From the NCBI GenBank assembly GCA_963924565.1, contig OZ004614.1, forward strand, positions 17,794,001 to 17,858,000: a stretch of DNA of 64,000 nt, in the 5' to 3' direction. A program made the translations under genes and the position numbers. Positions within the stretch are counted from its first letter, which is position 1, and the number at the start of each line of letters is the position of its first letter. Of this stretch, positions 1 through 41,723 are shown in pieces. Under the pieces are notes generated by a model. That model ran no database searches. It saw nothing but the letters and a program-made list of their open reading frames with translations, and was not told the DNA's origin. The stretch is from Ascidiella aspersa. Lineage: Eukaryota.

Positions 1-1425
1 ATATTTGCATATTATTGTATTTAATTGCGCGGAAGTCGATTACTGTTGTACGTTTATATGTTGCGAAATTAAAGATTGAATAAAAGCTAATTATTTTGGC
101 ACGACGCGTGACGCATGGCACTGTCAAGGATTTAAGAGGTGTTATAAATAGATCACGGAAATACGTTTAATTATACGAAAGTGTGTCGTGTTAATTTTAT
201 AACTTTTCTCGTGTTTTGTAACATCCTGGGTTGCAAAACACGCACAACAAAAATATATTGCAAAATGGTATATATCATCATTTAAATTTGAAAAACTCAT
301 TACATTAAACGATTTCTGTTTCAACATTTGAAACTAAAATTTAGTTTCCGTGCATAAAATTGGAGATTGATAAGTAAACTCATTGTGTCCTAGTATAAAC
401 TTTATACACCCTTTTTGTTTAAGCAATTCTGTAATAGAGATATTTATGTAATAGACGTAACAGATGCATAACTATGAGGCGCGAAAAAAGTGTGTCTATT
501 GGTTAAATTTAAAAAAAATATTTAAAAGTGGCGCATTAGACAGATAAATCAAACTAACATATTGCTTGAAAAAATGAATTTAACATGGTGCAACGGACGT
601 ATGCATGACACATTTAAGCTGAATGGATTTCCTCAAAACGGACAAGTATAGTAAAAACTTGAAAAGTAAAGGAAAAATAGGTAAACAGAGGGAATTTGGC
701 AAAAAAAAGTTTGTTTAACCATTATGTATAATCACGCAGTATTTGAGCAAGTTTGCACTATTTTAAGGCAGAAGTAATAAACCAAAAAATATATATTATT
801 CAATCCTGGCAGTATGTTGCAGGCGTGATATAGGAAGTGTGGCCAACGTATGGCACCTGAGCCAAGAGTGTCACAATGTACGAGGACTATTGTGGCACAC
901 TTCACTCTCACATAAGATTTGTATTATGCGCTCTAAAGCAAAGCATTGGAAATATACAATATTAACTGAAATCCTAAACACATGCAACATAAATTTAAGT
1001 AACCTAAACTGAGGTTTGAGAAACTTTGTGTTTTGGCAAAATCATCTTGATTAATGAAATTATATCGAGTAATGTGGGAACATTTGTTGATGCCTAATGC
1101 TTAGCGCATCGTTCTAATTAAAAGTTTTGTTGATTAAACAAATAAACGCATTTTTGGTTTGAAGCTCTTCTAAAGGTTACTTGCGATGTAAATTTGACGT
1201 CATCTTTAAATAAAATTTCATGGATTTCACAAAACGCTAGATCCACCCCTGCAATTTAACTCGTTTCGTTAGGGGGTCCACCGCTTTCCTCGCTTACACC
1301 AAAAAGGTTGGGAACCACTGGATAAGACAAAGGTACTTTACTCGTGACGTCATAAACACCTTTAGTTCACTGAAGCAAATGCCATAAAAAACACTACACA
1401 ATAAACTTAAAAACGCTACACAATT

Positions 1426-1554
1426 GTAATAAGAATATTAAAGCCCATACAGAAGTAGGTATCATTTTGAACATCATGTTGAAAATGAATAAAGAGTTTT
1501 TCGAAGCGTTCAAAATGATACCTACTTCTGTATGGGCTTTAATATTCTTATTAC
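1426..1554. repeat. Perfect 47-bp inverted repeat with 35-bp spacer (MITE-like hairpin)
   Basis: gtaataagaatattaaagcccatacagaagtaggtatcattttgaac (1426-1472) has its exact reverse complement at 1508-1554. Confidence 0.93.
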
Positions 1555-1844
1555 GTCTTACTACAACCTCCAACCATTACTACACAATTGATTTATTTTT
1601 ATTTTCTTAGTTTTAGGTTGGGGGTGTTACTTTTAATCAGGGAGTCACACGCTTTGACTTTTCTGGTTCAGGAAGAAAGAGTTCGGATTAAATTTGAGAT
1701 TAATTATCACCTAATAATCTGGGTCAATCAATGTAGAGTATGTTTATTATTGAATTGTAACTCGTATTTAATGTAAGTTTTGTGACGTATTAAAAAACAA
1801 CCAGTGAACATTATTGAAATATCTAAAAAACTAAAAATCAACGT

Positions 1845-2185
1845 TTTATTTAACGACAATTCGCATGTTTCATTGAATAATGATATGGTACTGTAGCTCT
1901 CTTTCAATGTGAAGTTGCTTGTACTAACAGAATGTGCCAAGCATTGGCGTATGGTGTTTCTCGACTCGCTCCCTCTGAACCTGTATAGCACAGTTGGTAG
2001 AGCGACGGTCCCGGTTTATTTAACGACAATTCGCATGTTTCATTGAATAATGATATGGTTCTGTAGCTCTCTTTCAATGTGAAGTTGCTTGTACTAACAG
2101 AATGTGCCAAGCATTGGCGTATGGTGTTTCTCGACTCGCTCCCTCTGAACCTGTATAGCACAGTTGGTAGAGCGACGGTCCCGGT
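1845..2185 (+). repeat. 170-bp tandem duplication; the first copy ends inside the anticodon loop of the tRNA-like element
   Basis: taacgacaat at 1851 and 2021. I see one mismatch between the copies (1890 a versus 2060 t). Confidence 0.95.
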
Positions 2186-2223
2186 ATGACCGGAGGTCGT
2201 GAGTTCGAACCTCACTGCAGGCT
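2149..2223 (+). pseudogene. tRNA-like element (tRNA pseudogene or SINE-type Pol III head; nominal anticodon GGT)
   Basis: A box TAGCACAGTTGG, B box GTTCGAAC, acceptor CCTGTA/TGCAGG, T stem GTGAG/CTCAC, anticodon stem CGGTC/GACCG with loop CCGGTAT, T5 run at 2229-2233. Non-canonical points: 19-nt anticodon arm, C at position 33, 1:72 mismatch. Confidence 0.7.
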
Positions 2224-2540
2224 AGTTGTTTTTCAAGCCTGCCCGACTTGCATCATTGATCGACAGATTCGGTTGAATCTGCGATGGCTTTCGGTGTACT
2301 ATTTATGTAGACTAATTAGACTTATTTTCGAAAGCAAAAATTCCTTCAAAATACTTTCTACACGGTTTTTAACAATTACAGTATCAGTTACAATTATTTT
2401 GGCCCTCCCGAGACCGGCGACTAGGAAAAGGTTGCCGGCCTCTGGCCCAGACGGATAAAATAACGTCTAGAACTGTAGGGAGGTAGTATTGCACGAATGG
2501 GAGATACCTGACTGACATCAGCCGTTTTGGTGTCGACGTT

Positions 2541-2620
2541 TGGGAGCCTTAGCTTTAACGGCGTTGTTATGGCACCGTTGTGGGAGCCTTAGCTTTAACG
2601 GCGTTGTTATGGCACCGTTG
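2541..2620 (+). repeat. Perfect 40-bp tandem duplication
   Basis: tgggagccttagctttaacggcgttgttatggcaccgttg at 2541 and 2581. Confidence 0.95.
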
Positions 2621-5053
2621 TTTTGGAACCGGAGTGTTTGAGCCTGAGTTAGAGGCGGATAAAGGGTGGTTAGGGGGAGTTAATAATGAATTTCTGCTGA
2701 AATCTTTTAAAAAGACCGCTCTGTTAATGTAGAAGTAAATGGCTTTGAAAAACTGTGTACAAAACGTGCTTACTGACAATAAATATCTAGAGTTGTTATT
2801 CAAAAATAAGACCAAAAACATTGCAGTTGTAATTGTGAATAAACTTAATCTTTGCAAAAACAAAAATTGAAATTACAAGAAAGGAGAGAAGAAGTAAAAC
2901 GTACACTAAAAATACAGAAGTTGCATTTGCAGCAAAATTTAGAAAAATAGAGCGCAACAAACAAAATTTGTCTCCAAAACAATAGCTTTTGAAAAGGGTC
3001 AATATCGCTTTCACCCAAACGTTATATTTAAAAGTTCAGCAAGTTAAAAAACAAGGAATCCATATGGCAATTTTAATCATTTCCGCATTAACATCAAGTT
3101 TTGAGCAACGGATCATTGCTACGTTGAAATATATTAGCAGCTCCTGAGCAATTTTAAATAGAACTCTGCCTTACAAAAAGAAACATTCAGTAAGATTTTG
3201 TCCCTTATAACCTTCCGACAACCAAATATGTTGATCATATGTACAAAAAAAATCAATAAGAATTGAAAGCAAACTCTCAAGGTGCATAGCAAGATGGAAT
3301 CTGTTAATGTGTAAGATGGCAAGTTGTTTTACAGAGTAACGTTTAGGAATAATTATAAGAACAGCATGTGTAAATGGACTTAATTCTGTACGAGAAACTG
3401 AAAACTTTTAAAGTATTTTTATATTTTATACATTGGAGTGAAACTGCGCGTATAAGATATAAACTGAACATACAAATTCCTCACTAGCGCCACAATTTTA
3501 TTAACATTCACGTGGTAACACGTGGAAAGAGGTGTCACGTTCCGACGTCATAATTGTGTCATTGCACCGTAATACACAATTTAAGTCAAATCATGAGTTA
3601 AAACTCTCAGTCTGCGACAATAAACTGACTTAAATATCGGTGCTGTTTATCAAGTGTGAGGTAACATGTTGACGAATATAATACAACACGTGTGGCCACA
3701 TATACCATGGAGCAACGTGAATGATGAATGAAGAACATGGCACGCTTAGTTATTTACAAAATGACCTCCGTAGTACCGATATGAAACCTTACACAACTAA
3801 TACACTTCAACTTGGCCATTTTGCGGAACCCTATTTTGTGGTTTCATATCCCGTGGAACTAAAACTAATCACGTGAATGATTAAGAAAAACCTCCGTGAT
3901 TTACAAAATCAGTGGTCCATCGCAAAATTGACTTCGTCACAGTTATACGTGGTTCCCGTAAGGGGTTTTGTTCCATGCGTTTTAAAAACATGAGCTTATA
4001 TTTCCATGCACCTACAGTAGCTTACAGTGCGACTAAAACAAGCGTACCAGGATACTTTCAACCTGCGAACCAATTTTTCACAATACTTTCAACCTGCGAG
4101 TTTTAACCTGCGAATCAATTGAATATTCGCGACGTATCATGAATGTACTGCCGTCTTAGAAAAGTATATAATACAAAGCGGCATCGCATTGCTTTTTATG
4201 GTCGCTATTCCAACGAAAGCAAATAAAGCGAAAAGGCGCCGTACGCACATGAAACATAAAAAGTCCATCAACACATTGCGCTGTATATACACTAAATAAA
4301 TCTCGCTCAATTGTTCGCTGTACCTACGCGCGTAATAATCACAAAAACCAACAATAATAATAGGTAATTAATTAATTAACCACGAGCGATGTGAACTTAA
4401 AGGACGGCCCCGGTATACTAAAAAGGGGCAACCATGCGCATATGAGTAATGCAATTGTAGTAGAATGCCGTAAACCACCAGATAGTATTCTGCAAAGCAT
4501 TGTTTTCGACAAGGTATTGTAAAGCAGGACGTGTATTCATGACTCAATAATACTATCTGCGCTGAATCAGTACCAAGAGCCTATTACCGGATATGGTAAT
4601 TATTATTCCCTGTAGATTAATGTAGGTCTGAATATGGTTGTAGAGTCGTTAAGAAAGTTGACAACGTAGGACTAGCACACACACTTTTAGCTCATATAGC
4701 AACAGAGGGCCAAAATAACTCAAGGTTGAAAGTTCGCTATGACTCGCGTTGGAGCGCTTAAAACTATTTCTTTGCTAGGATTCATCGAAGAGAAAGACTC
4801 AAAATAAGAAAGTGATATTGGCGGAACCAGATTTATATGTTGCTTTGTTATGTAACAATACAGCACGGTTTTAAACGTGTTTCGCACGAGTCAGTTTCTG
4901 GAATTCAAAACAACGCTCACTGTTTGCAAACGTTAAGCCGTCGCAAGTTTATCGGTAAACAAACCGACCAAACGATCACAACTTCGCCTCAGGTTTTCAC
5001 CTTGCGCACTATCAAATTAAAGTGTTTCACCCTCGCCGAGCGCAATAAATTGC

Positions 5054-34573
<29,520 letters not shown>

Positions 34574-36288
34574 TGCCGCTTTACCGATGTTATTCCGACG
34601 ATTCACCTCATTTTGAAAACTGGCTCAGAGAGGCATAAGTGAAATACGGAGTCAAAAATTACACGTTTCAGGCATTTAAACAACTATAATACGACAACTA
34701 TACTTCTTTTGTCCTACGCTAAAACCATGCAAAATTTCAACACACCACCTTTAATGGAACTACGTTAAACATAGTGAGTGGCCTTCTAAACTGATGCTTT
34801 AAATTCGTCGGGCTGTTTGGTAATTTCTTAACAGTGTTATTAAATATATTTGCAGAACGCTGAATTATTTGTATTCGCTATTGTATTATTCTAGACCAGA
34901 GCCAAAATATTTAATACCTCAGCATATACCAAAATCTGTTTTAAAATGCAGCTTGGTTTGAGTTAAAATACGAATTCGCTGCTTGCCTTACATGCTTACC
35001 AGCAAAAACAAGACAATGCTGCGACAGTCTTAAAAGGCCACTGAAGATTTGAACTGAATTTGACTGACGCCGCTTCAACAGACAATCTGTTCTGTCTGCC
35101 CATATTACTTGCGCCCTCCTAAAACGCGCTGGAAGCCCGGGCATTGCTCAAGGCTCAAGACGTCTAGTTACTCTGTAGCTCATCTAGTGACTACGTTTTA
35201 TATACATTTTGTTCGCTAGGTTTGAAGAGCTTTACAACCAATTTTTATATACACATTTATTTTCTTTCCGACGATATACCCGCCGTTGCTCAATAATACC
35301 CAGCGAATGAATATCCTTGAAATTATGGCAATATTTTGTAATCTATTTGTAATGAAACAATTTTGTCCTGGTTTATAGGTTACTATTACATGTTATGTTG
35401 TACCATTCCCGTGTTAGCTACTAAAGCTGCTTTATAAAGCTGATGATCTGAAACTATTATTGTGGAAATCGAATATAAAAAAAACTAATTTTACGCAAAA
35501 AAAGATTGTTAAAATTCAACATTAAATAAAATTTTCGAAAGCACTAATTAGGTATATGGCAGCAAAGTTAAAATTATGCCATAAGTAGTTGTTTCACCTT
35601 AAATGTACATTTTGCAGGTGCCCAACGTTCAGTAAATCGAAATACGATATTTTGTGATATGTGTTTTTGTATTTAGGCGGTTACCGGAAAACCTATTAGA
35701 CTAGTCTGCTTTGTATACGAGCAAAAAACTACTGATTGTCCTTATGTTATTTGCCGCTAATAGTGTATTAAAGTGCCATGGATTAACTCAATACAAAATG
35801 ATGAGAGGCATCAACCTCAGGCCTAAATAACTGCTGATATGTATTGTTAAATATAAAAACACGATTATTGCATCCAGAAATAATGCAACGTATGGTGACG
35901 GGGCGGATACAGGATTTTTTTTGGTGGGGCTATAAATCTAATCAATTAATCTATATACGAAAGACTTGTTATTAAAGGAATGCATGCACAAAACGTAGCT
36001 AAAATCCGAATTCGAAACATTAATGAGATTCTCATATATAGCCGAAATAATGATATGATAGTCAAATTAAGCAGAAATTACCTTTCATAGAGTTTATTAG
36101 TCACACAACGTAGCATGCCTAAGTATGTATCGCGCCTTTGGGCTAAATCTATCTCTTAAAATAGACAAAAACAATGAAAAATTGATAGAAGTTCGATTTA
36201 CATAGTAAAGATGGCAAAAAGTTTCAAGGTACATGGCCTTGTGCCTCTCTGAATAAATGACACAGATTTTTTCCCTTTGGTGCAACAT

Positions 36289-39200
36289 TTATTCTTCCGC
36301 ATTCGGGCATTGGATGTTGCAAGCCTCGGCAATAACTTTATTGAACACATTCTGAAAAAAGTCAAGGTTTAATTTTCCGACGAAAATATGATAATCACAT
36401 GACGCCACTGCCCTTGCTTCTTCCATGTTCACGTTGTATTTGTCGTTTTCATAGAAAGCATAGTAAATCTGTAAAAGGCTTGTTGTTTATATTTTCGTCG
36501 TTATAGAGACGGTGGAATTATATTTTAATCGAAGTGTCAACCGTAAGTAAGTTGTCCTACGGTAAACGAATAAAATATAGATTATATTATTATTGGTATG
36601 AAGCTAGAAATATATTTGCGCCAAATTTTGGGTAAATGAAGAGTTGCACCATTTAAAATACGAACAATAAAAGCACGTTAGCTCAGTAATTACATTTCAT
36701 GTGTCCGCAGCAGGACCAAAATTACTATAAAAACTACGATCTATGGGTATGTGCATGTAAATATTAAAAAATATAATTAGCTCGATAAATGTTTTCTGCT
36801 TGATCTATTTTTTATGAAATCAACGGTGAGCACAGTAACTTTTATTTGTTTTAAAGACACTTTATGTCACATTCGAACAATTCTAAGTATTGTTTTATCC
36901 AAACCAACCGTAACTCCGTCTTTTTTTAAATCAGTCGCAATCTCTCTGACGTCATCATCCGATTCTTTTTCGACCCCAACATATATGACGTCACTATGCG
37001 TGTTTCTGCGATGAAGGTGATGGAGCAAATTTTCACGAACGTACCGATGCGCCAGTGTTGGCCGTATTGTTCACTAAAATATAGACAATGGTATTGTTAA
37101 GTGTTACTCAGTTACATACTTAGAAGGTCGTGTCACTAAATCTACGTAAACAAACGCCAAAACACTTAGTTAAGAGACAGTTGCTAGGGCCTAGTAGAAA
37201 AGTTAAAAATTAAAAATAAATCTCCACGTTTTGTTTATTATTAAGTCAGCGTTTTTTCTGCAAGGTGCGCCTCAAGGAAACTAAATTTATTTTTTCAAAC
37301 TCATGTTTGAATTTATCGGTAGCCTAATTACTGATGCAACAGCTTTATTCTCGTGCAGTTGCGTACACTGAAGTGTTTATGACATTGAAGTAAACATTTA
37401 CTGCCCATTAAATTAAAAGTTTATTTTAGTTTTTTATGCTTTGTTGAAACAGCCAATTAAATGTGATTTTTAAGGGTAGTGTTTTTTTAGTTTTACGTTT
37501 ATGTTATACTGTAGTAAAAAGGGTTAACAAAACTACTCCTGTTTTCCGTACAGATTTAAATTGATTGCTAATTTGCTTATGGGCTTAATTTGCTTTAAGA
37601 AAAAAAAATAAACGTTAACGATTGCGAATAAGCATTTACGTAATAAAAATATTTTACTTGATGTCTGAAATCCCGTCCTGACAGTCTCTTTCGGTGAAAT
37701 TATCTTGTAAGCTTTCTCGTTATAGTAAACCGCAAATTCTTGATAATAATCTTCGCTGTGGATTAAGTTTCTGATAAGTGAAATAAAATGTTTTTAATTT
37801 GTTATGTCAAAAACGAATTATCGATAAACAAAAGATAGAAATTCACTGTGCCTTTTATTTTATCGCCAAATACGAGGGGGTAACCAAGCGTTTATACTTT
37901 CTTTAACTTTATTTAATAGCGTTAAATGAAATGCTGACAATTGAGTGCAAATATACTATAAAAATTCAAACACTAAATTACATATAATAATTAACAATAA
38001 TAAATTGGTAAAAATGGAACTTACGATGTAATATTTTTTAACTGCATTTTATTGCATGCATTTATTTACACATTTAAAGCGTATTTAAACTTACCTAATC
38101 ATGGGAATAAACACAGAATTCCGTTTAGCGGCGCTGTCCTCGCTGTTGTAGTGAACAAGGACGATGGTGTCTAACGGTACAAAAGGTGGACAAGGCTCTG
38201 CAAATCAATTGTGAACAATACAAGAAAAGTATATTTCACAGCATAAAAATATTTCACATACGAATATCCATGATTGTTTTCCTTTTTATGTACGTTCGTT
38301 TGATGTACTTACTGGAACAGCAAGGTTTCGAATCACTCCATTTTCCATCTCCAAGACATAGACGATTTCGCTTGTTGTAAGGCAACTCTTCGTAGCCAGT
38401 CTCGTTGCATTGATAGGTACATAACGAACCCAAGTAGTTAGCATTGGTGCAAGTCACATACCCATGATCCATATGAAGTGCCGGCGTCGGACATTGGTTG
38501 GAAGTAACTTAAAATAATTAAGGGTCGGTTTCTTTGTATAACCACTTGTGGTTCACGGCTGATCCTTCCCCCAAATCCGGTAACGTTATTTACCTTTCTA
38601 TTTTGCGTGTGTATTGTATTAAGCGTGGAACGGGAGAAAAATTAAAACTTTAAACTTGTACCTTGTCCTTTTGACCCAATAAGCCATCGAATTAAAAACG
38701 AATAAATCAACCTATAAATCCGTATTACGTTTAAACTTGGTGTAAAAGGTTGTGCAAATCGTTTGAATTTTCCCGGTGTTTCTACATTGAACCAAGACCG
38801 TAACCTATTATAAGGACATTTTCCAATGTTGTTTCAAACTTGGAGACTCGCATAAATCTGCATTTTCAGAAGAAATAACATACCTTCACATGACTCGTTG
38901 ACATTACACGAATCGTTGTCACAACAGCACCAACAGTGAGATGTGATTTGATCGTTGTTACAGGCGTAAGGTCTTTTTTCCCAATTCTTAAAAAACGCTT
39001 TTCTTTCAAGGTTATATTAACTCTTTATTTTTGTTAAAACTATATCAAAAAGTCAAAAGCACTTGTAAGAGTTGATCACCTGAAAACGTTGATTTTCGCA
39101 AGCCTTTCTTTGTTTGCAGGTTTTCCACATTCGTATATCAGTATGATATCTGCGAACTTCAGTCGAGCAAACCTGTTTAATCGATGGACGCAAGAAGTAG

Positions 39201-39516
39201 GGCGCTTTTTCATCATTATATTGCAAACATTAATCTACTTTTGAACAATTTATTTAAAATTTATTTACTTCTGTATCGCCACACTGTGTCAGGTATCCAG
39301 AAGATTCGCATTCTGTAGAGCTTGTTGCGTTCTCACAATGCAAACATGTTGTACACAATCCTATAAAAAAATGTCTTGTTCTCTTCAAGCAACATATAAT
39401 GCCTATATTCATTACATTATTTGCCACGTGTAAAATGTATTCTTTACAATGCTAAGTGGCTTACCACAGGGTATCCAGGATGCGATAATCAAATAGAAAG
39501 CTGTAATAAACTGCAT
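36289..39516 (-). CDS. Secreted Ly6/uPAR-like (LU) + Sushi/CCP + degenerate VWA protein; 9 exons, about 365 aa; apparent frameshift in exon 8 (pseudogene allele or assembly error)
   Basis: Exons: 39465-39516 (signal peptide MQFITAFYLIIASWIPC), 39269-39360, 39080-39172, 38884-38986 (CLHC...C...C...CSTEVR...CKQRKAC...C...CWCCCDNDSCN, LU-type CCxxDxCN end), 38313-38507 (Sushi CPTP..HGYVTC..CTYQC..C..GKWSDSKPCC), 38095-38197, 37658-37770, 36909-37073, 36289-36468 (VWA-like: LDTIVLV..; NTGA; DVIYV..ESDDDVREIATDLKKDGVTIY). Total 1096 nt is not a multiple of 3. Confidence 0.78.
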
Positions 39517-41723
39517 GCCGAATATACCTACAAGTTGAAAATCACTGCATCAATAATGCACAATACGTGGTTGACTCAGCTACGCCTTAAATTATGTGAG
39601 AAAAGATTCGTTTATTAGTTCAATTTCAAAAAAAGTTCGGTTTGTTTATGTATTATGCATGATGTCAATAATAGAACCTTGGTAGTACGTTCGTTCGAAA
39701 GTAAACAGCATTTTTTTGAGCTGACAATATATCTTTATAGTAGGGGTCCGCTACCTGTCGCTCGAGAGCCAGATCATTTGATGACGGCATCTGGCTAGCA
39801 GATAAATGCAAGCATTTATTACCACGCTTAATAGCAATACATTTTTTCTGTAATTTGACATTTGTAACAATTAGACCAGGGTTCAAAAAACGATTATTTT
39901 ATTGTTTAACAATTCAAGTACCATAAATCAAGAAAAGATGTCAACAACAAACGAACCGAAGGTGAAATTGTTACGTATATAGTTTTCATGCTATGTTACC
40001 AAGTATACTTAACCCTACTTTTATATCACATTGCGCTTCGCGTATTTCTGTTATTAAAATTATTTCTTTGATGCGGCCCCTACACCATTTTATGACGGCC
40101 AGCTGTAGCCCGTTTAAGTGTTTTTTATACACATGTCGAATTAAATTCAGAAAAGAAAATAGAATTACACATAGCAATCAATTGATAAAGGGGCAATTAG
40201 AATGATCATGAAACAACACAAAATAAATTAAATAAGATTTTCTTTGTCATTTTGTAGTGTAATAGTCTCTTTTAAAGACTATTCTTATATCTCTTTTTAT
40301 ATCCCCTTAAATTTAATAGGGAACATAATTAAACCGATCTACAATACTATATAATACCACAACCTAATTTAACCAACGGTCTGCTAGCGTATCATTAACA
40401 GCAATTAGGTCAGTCGTAGCGTCGGCTAACACAGCATTTGGGAGTAGTCCGCTTGGTGGGATAATCGTCAGCGATGAAAATTTTTTTCCGGTTTATTTTA
40501 GCGCGCCAGACTTTCGAAGCAGAGCTGTTTCTGGTGAGTTGTACATGGGAAAAAGTAGCCCTCGAGGTGGTAATAACGTGGCCAAGTCTTGATCGTATTT
40601 TTTTCTATTGTGGCTCTTATGTTGTGTGGCGCAAACTAATTTTCTTTTTAACTCTTGATACGTTTTGCCACGTAGGGTTTTCCCCGCCTCTCCTGCAACG
40701 AACAGAACGCCAGAAGACAGCCAACCGGTCGACAAACAATTACAAACATATGAAATATTTTTTTGTGCGTAAATAATAGAGATTGAGTTTTAGTGTTTTT
40801 CATTACCCATTAGAAAAATATCTGTTCTTACATTAAGAAAGAGACAAGATGTGTTTGTATTTTAAGGCCACGCATAATCAAATAACTTCTACTATGATTT
40901 CCTAATAAATAACGTTTATTACAAACGCTCTTTACTAGTATATGTCATCGTCGGCTACATAAAGTGCAGAATATATCATTGCACAGGAAGTGAAATATAT
41001 CACAGCACACATCACGCATAAACAAAGCTTAACAAAACAAAATAATGCATTTAAAACAAAAAAAAACTACGATGAAATGTAATTAATAAAGTTTAACTAA
41101 TTGCTATCATTAAGAGAAATGTATAACACTATAGAAGTCACGTTTTTGACACTTGTAAAACCCTTGAAGTTAAAGCAAATAATTTTATTAAGTTTAAAAA
41201 GGCAATTTTACCGAAACATTTAAAATTAAAAATGTTTAAAATTAATTTAATTATTTTTTTCTAATCAAATAAAGTCATAGGGTAAATAATGTCCCGATGG
41301 TATAAGATATAAATTATTTTTAAATTAATGAATTATTGGCCTTCTATATAATAGTTACCACGCATTTTGCAATAGGTAGGGTAAGGCTTTGCATTGTGTA
41401 AACGTATGGCATAAATGCAAAAACATAAAACTATTTAAGTTACTTGACGAAGACTCTCTTGCATTTGTTTTGCCAGCTTATGTGAGGAAATCAAATCATA
41501 CACCACAATTTGTGATACGAATTTGACAGTTAAGCCAAATATAAGCAGCGACATACTTCGTTAAACCACCCGACGCGCATTGACTCATGTGATGGACTAT
41601 GAGTCCAAAATCTGGTTTTACAATAAACACGAAATTGGGTAGAGGATATGTTTTCCGCTATGCCATCGTGAAGTGGTAGGCCAGTCAACTTTATAATGAA
41701 CGCATTCTGGTGATTCACGGTCA

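Noticed and set aside
1728-2215. Two near-identical minus-strand ORFs (87 and 103 aa)
   Set aside because: They are by-products of the 170-bp duplication and the antisense of the tRNA-like element.
2149-2223. Functional tRNA-Thr(GGT)
   Set aside because: C33, the 19-nt anticodon arm, 1:72 and D-stem mismatches, and an anticodon atypical for eukaryotes argue against it.
40474-40776. Overlapping 80-aa and 100-aa ORFs between the LU-Sushi-VWA and SLC7A4-like genes
   Set aside because: I found no recognisable domain and no splice-phase link to either neighbour.
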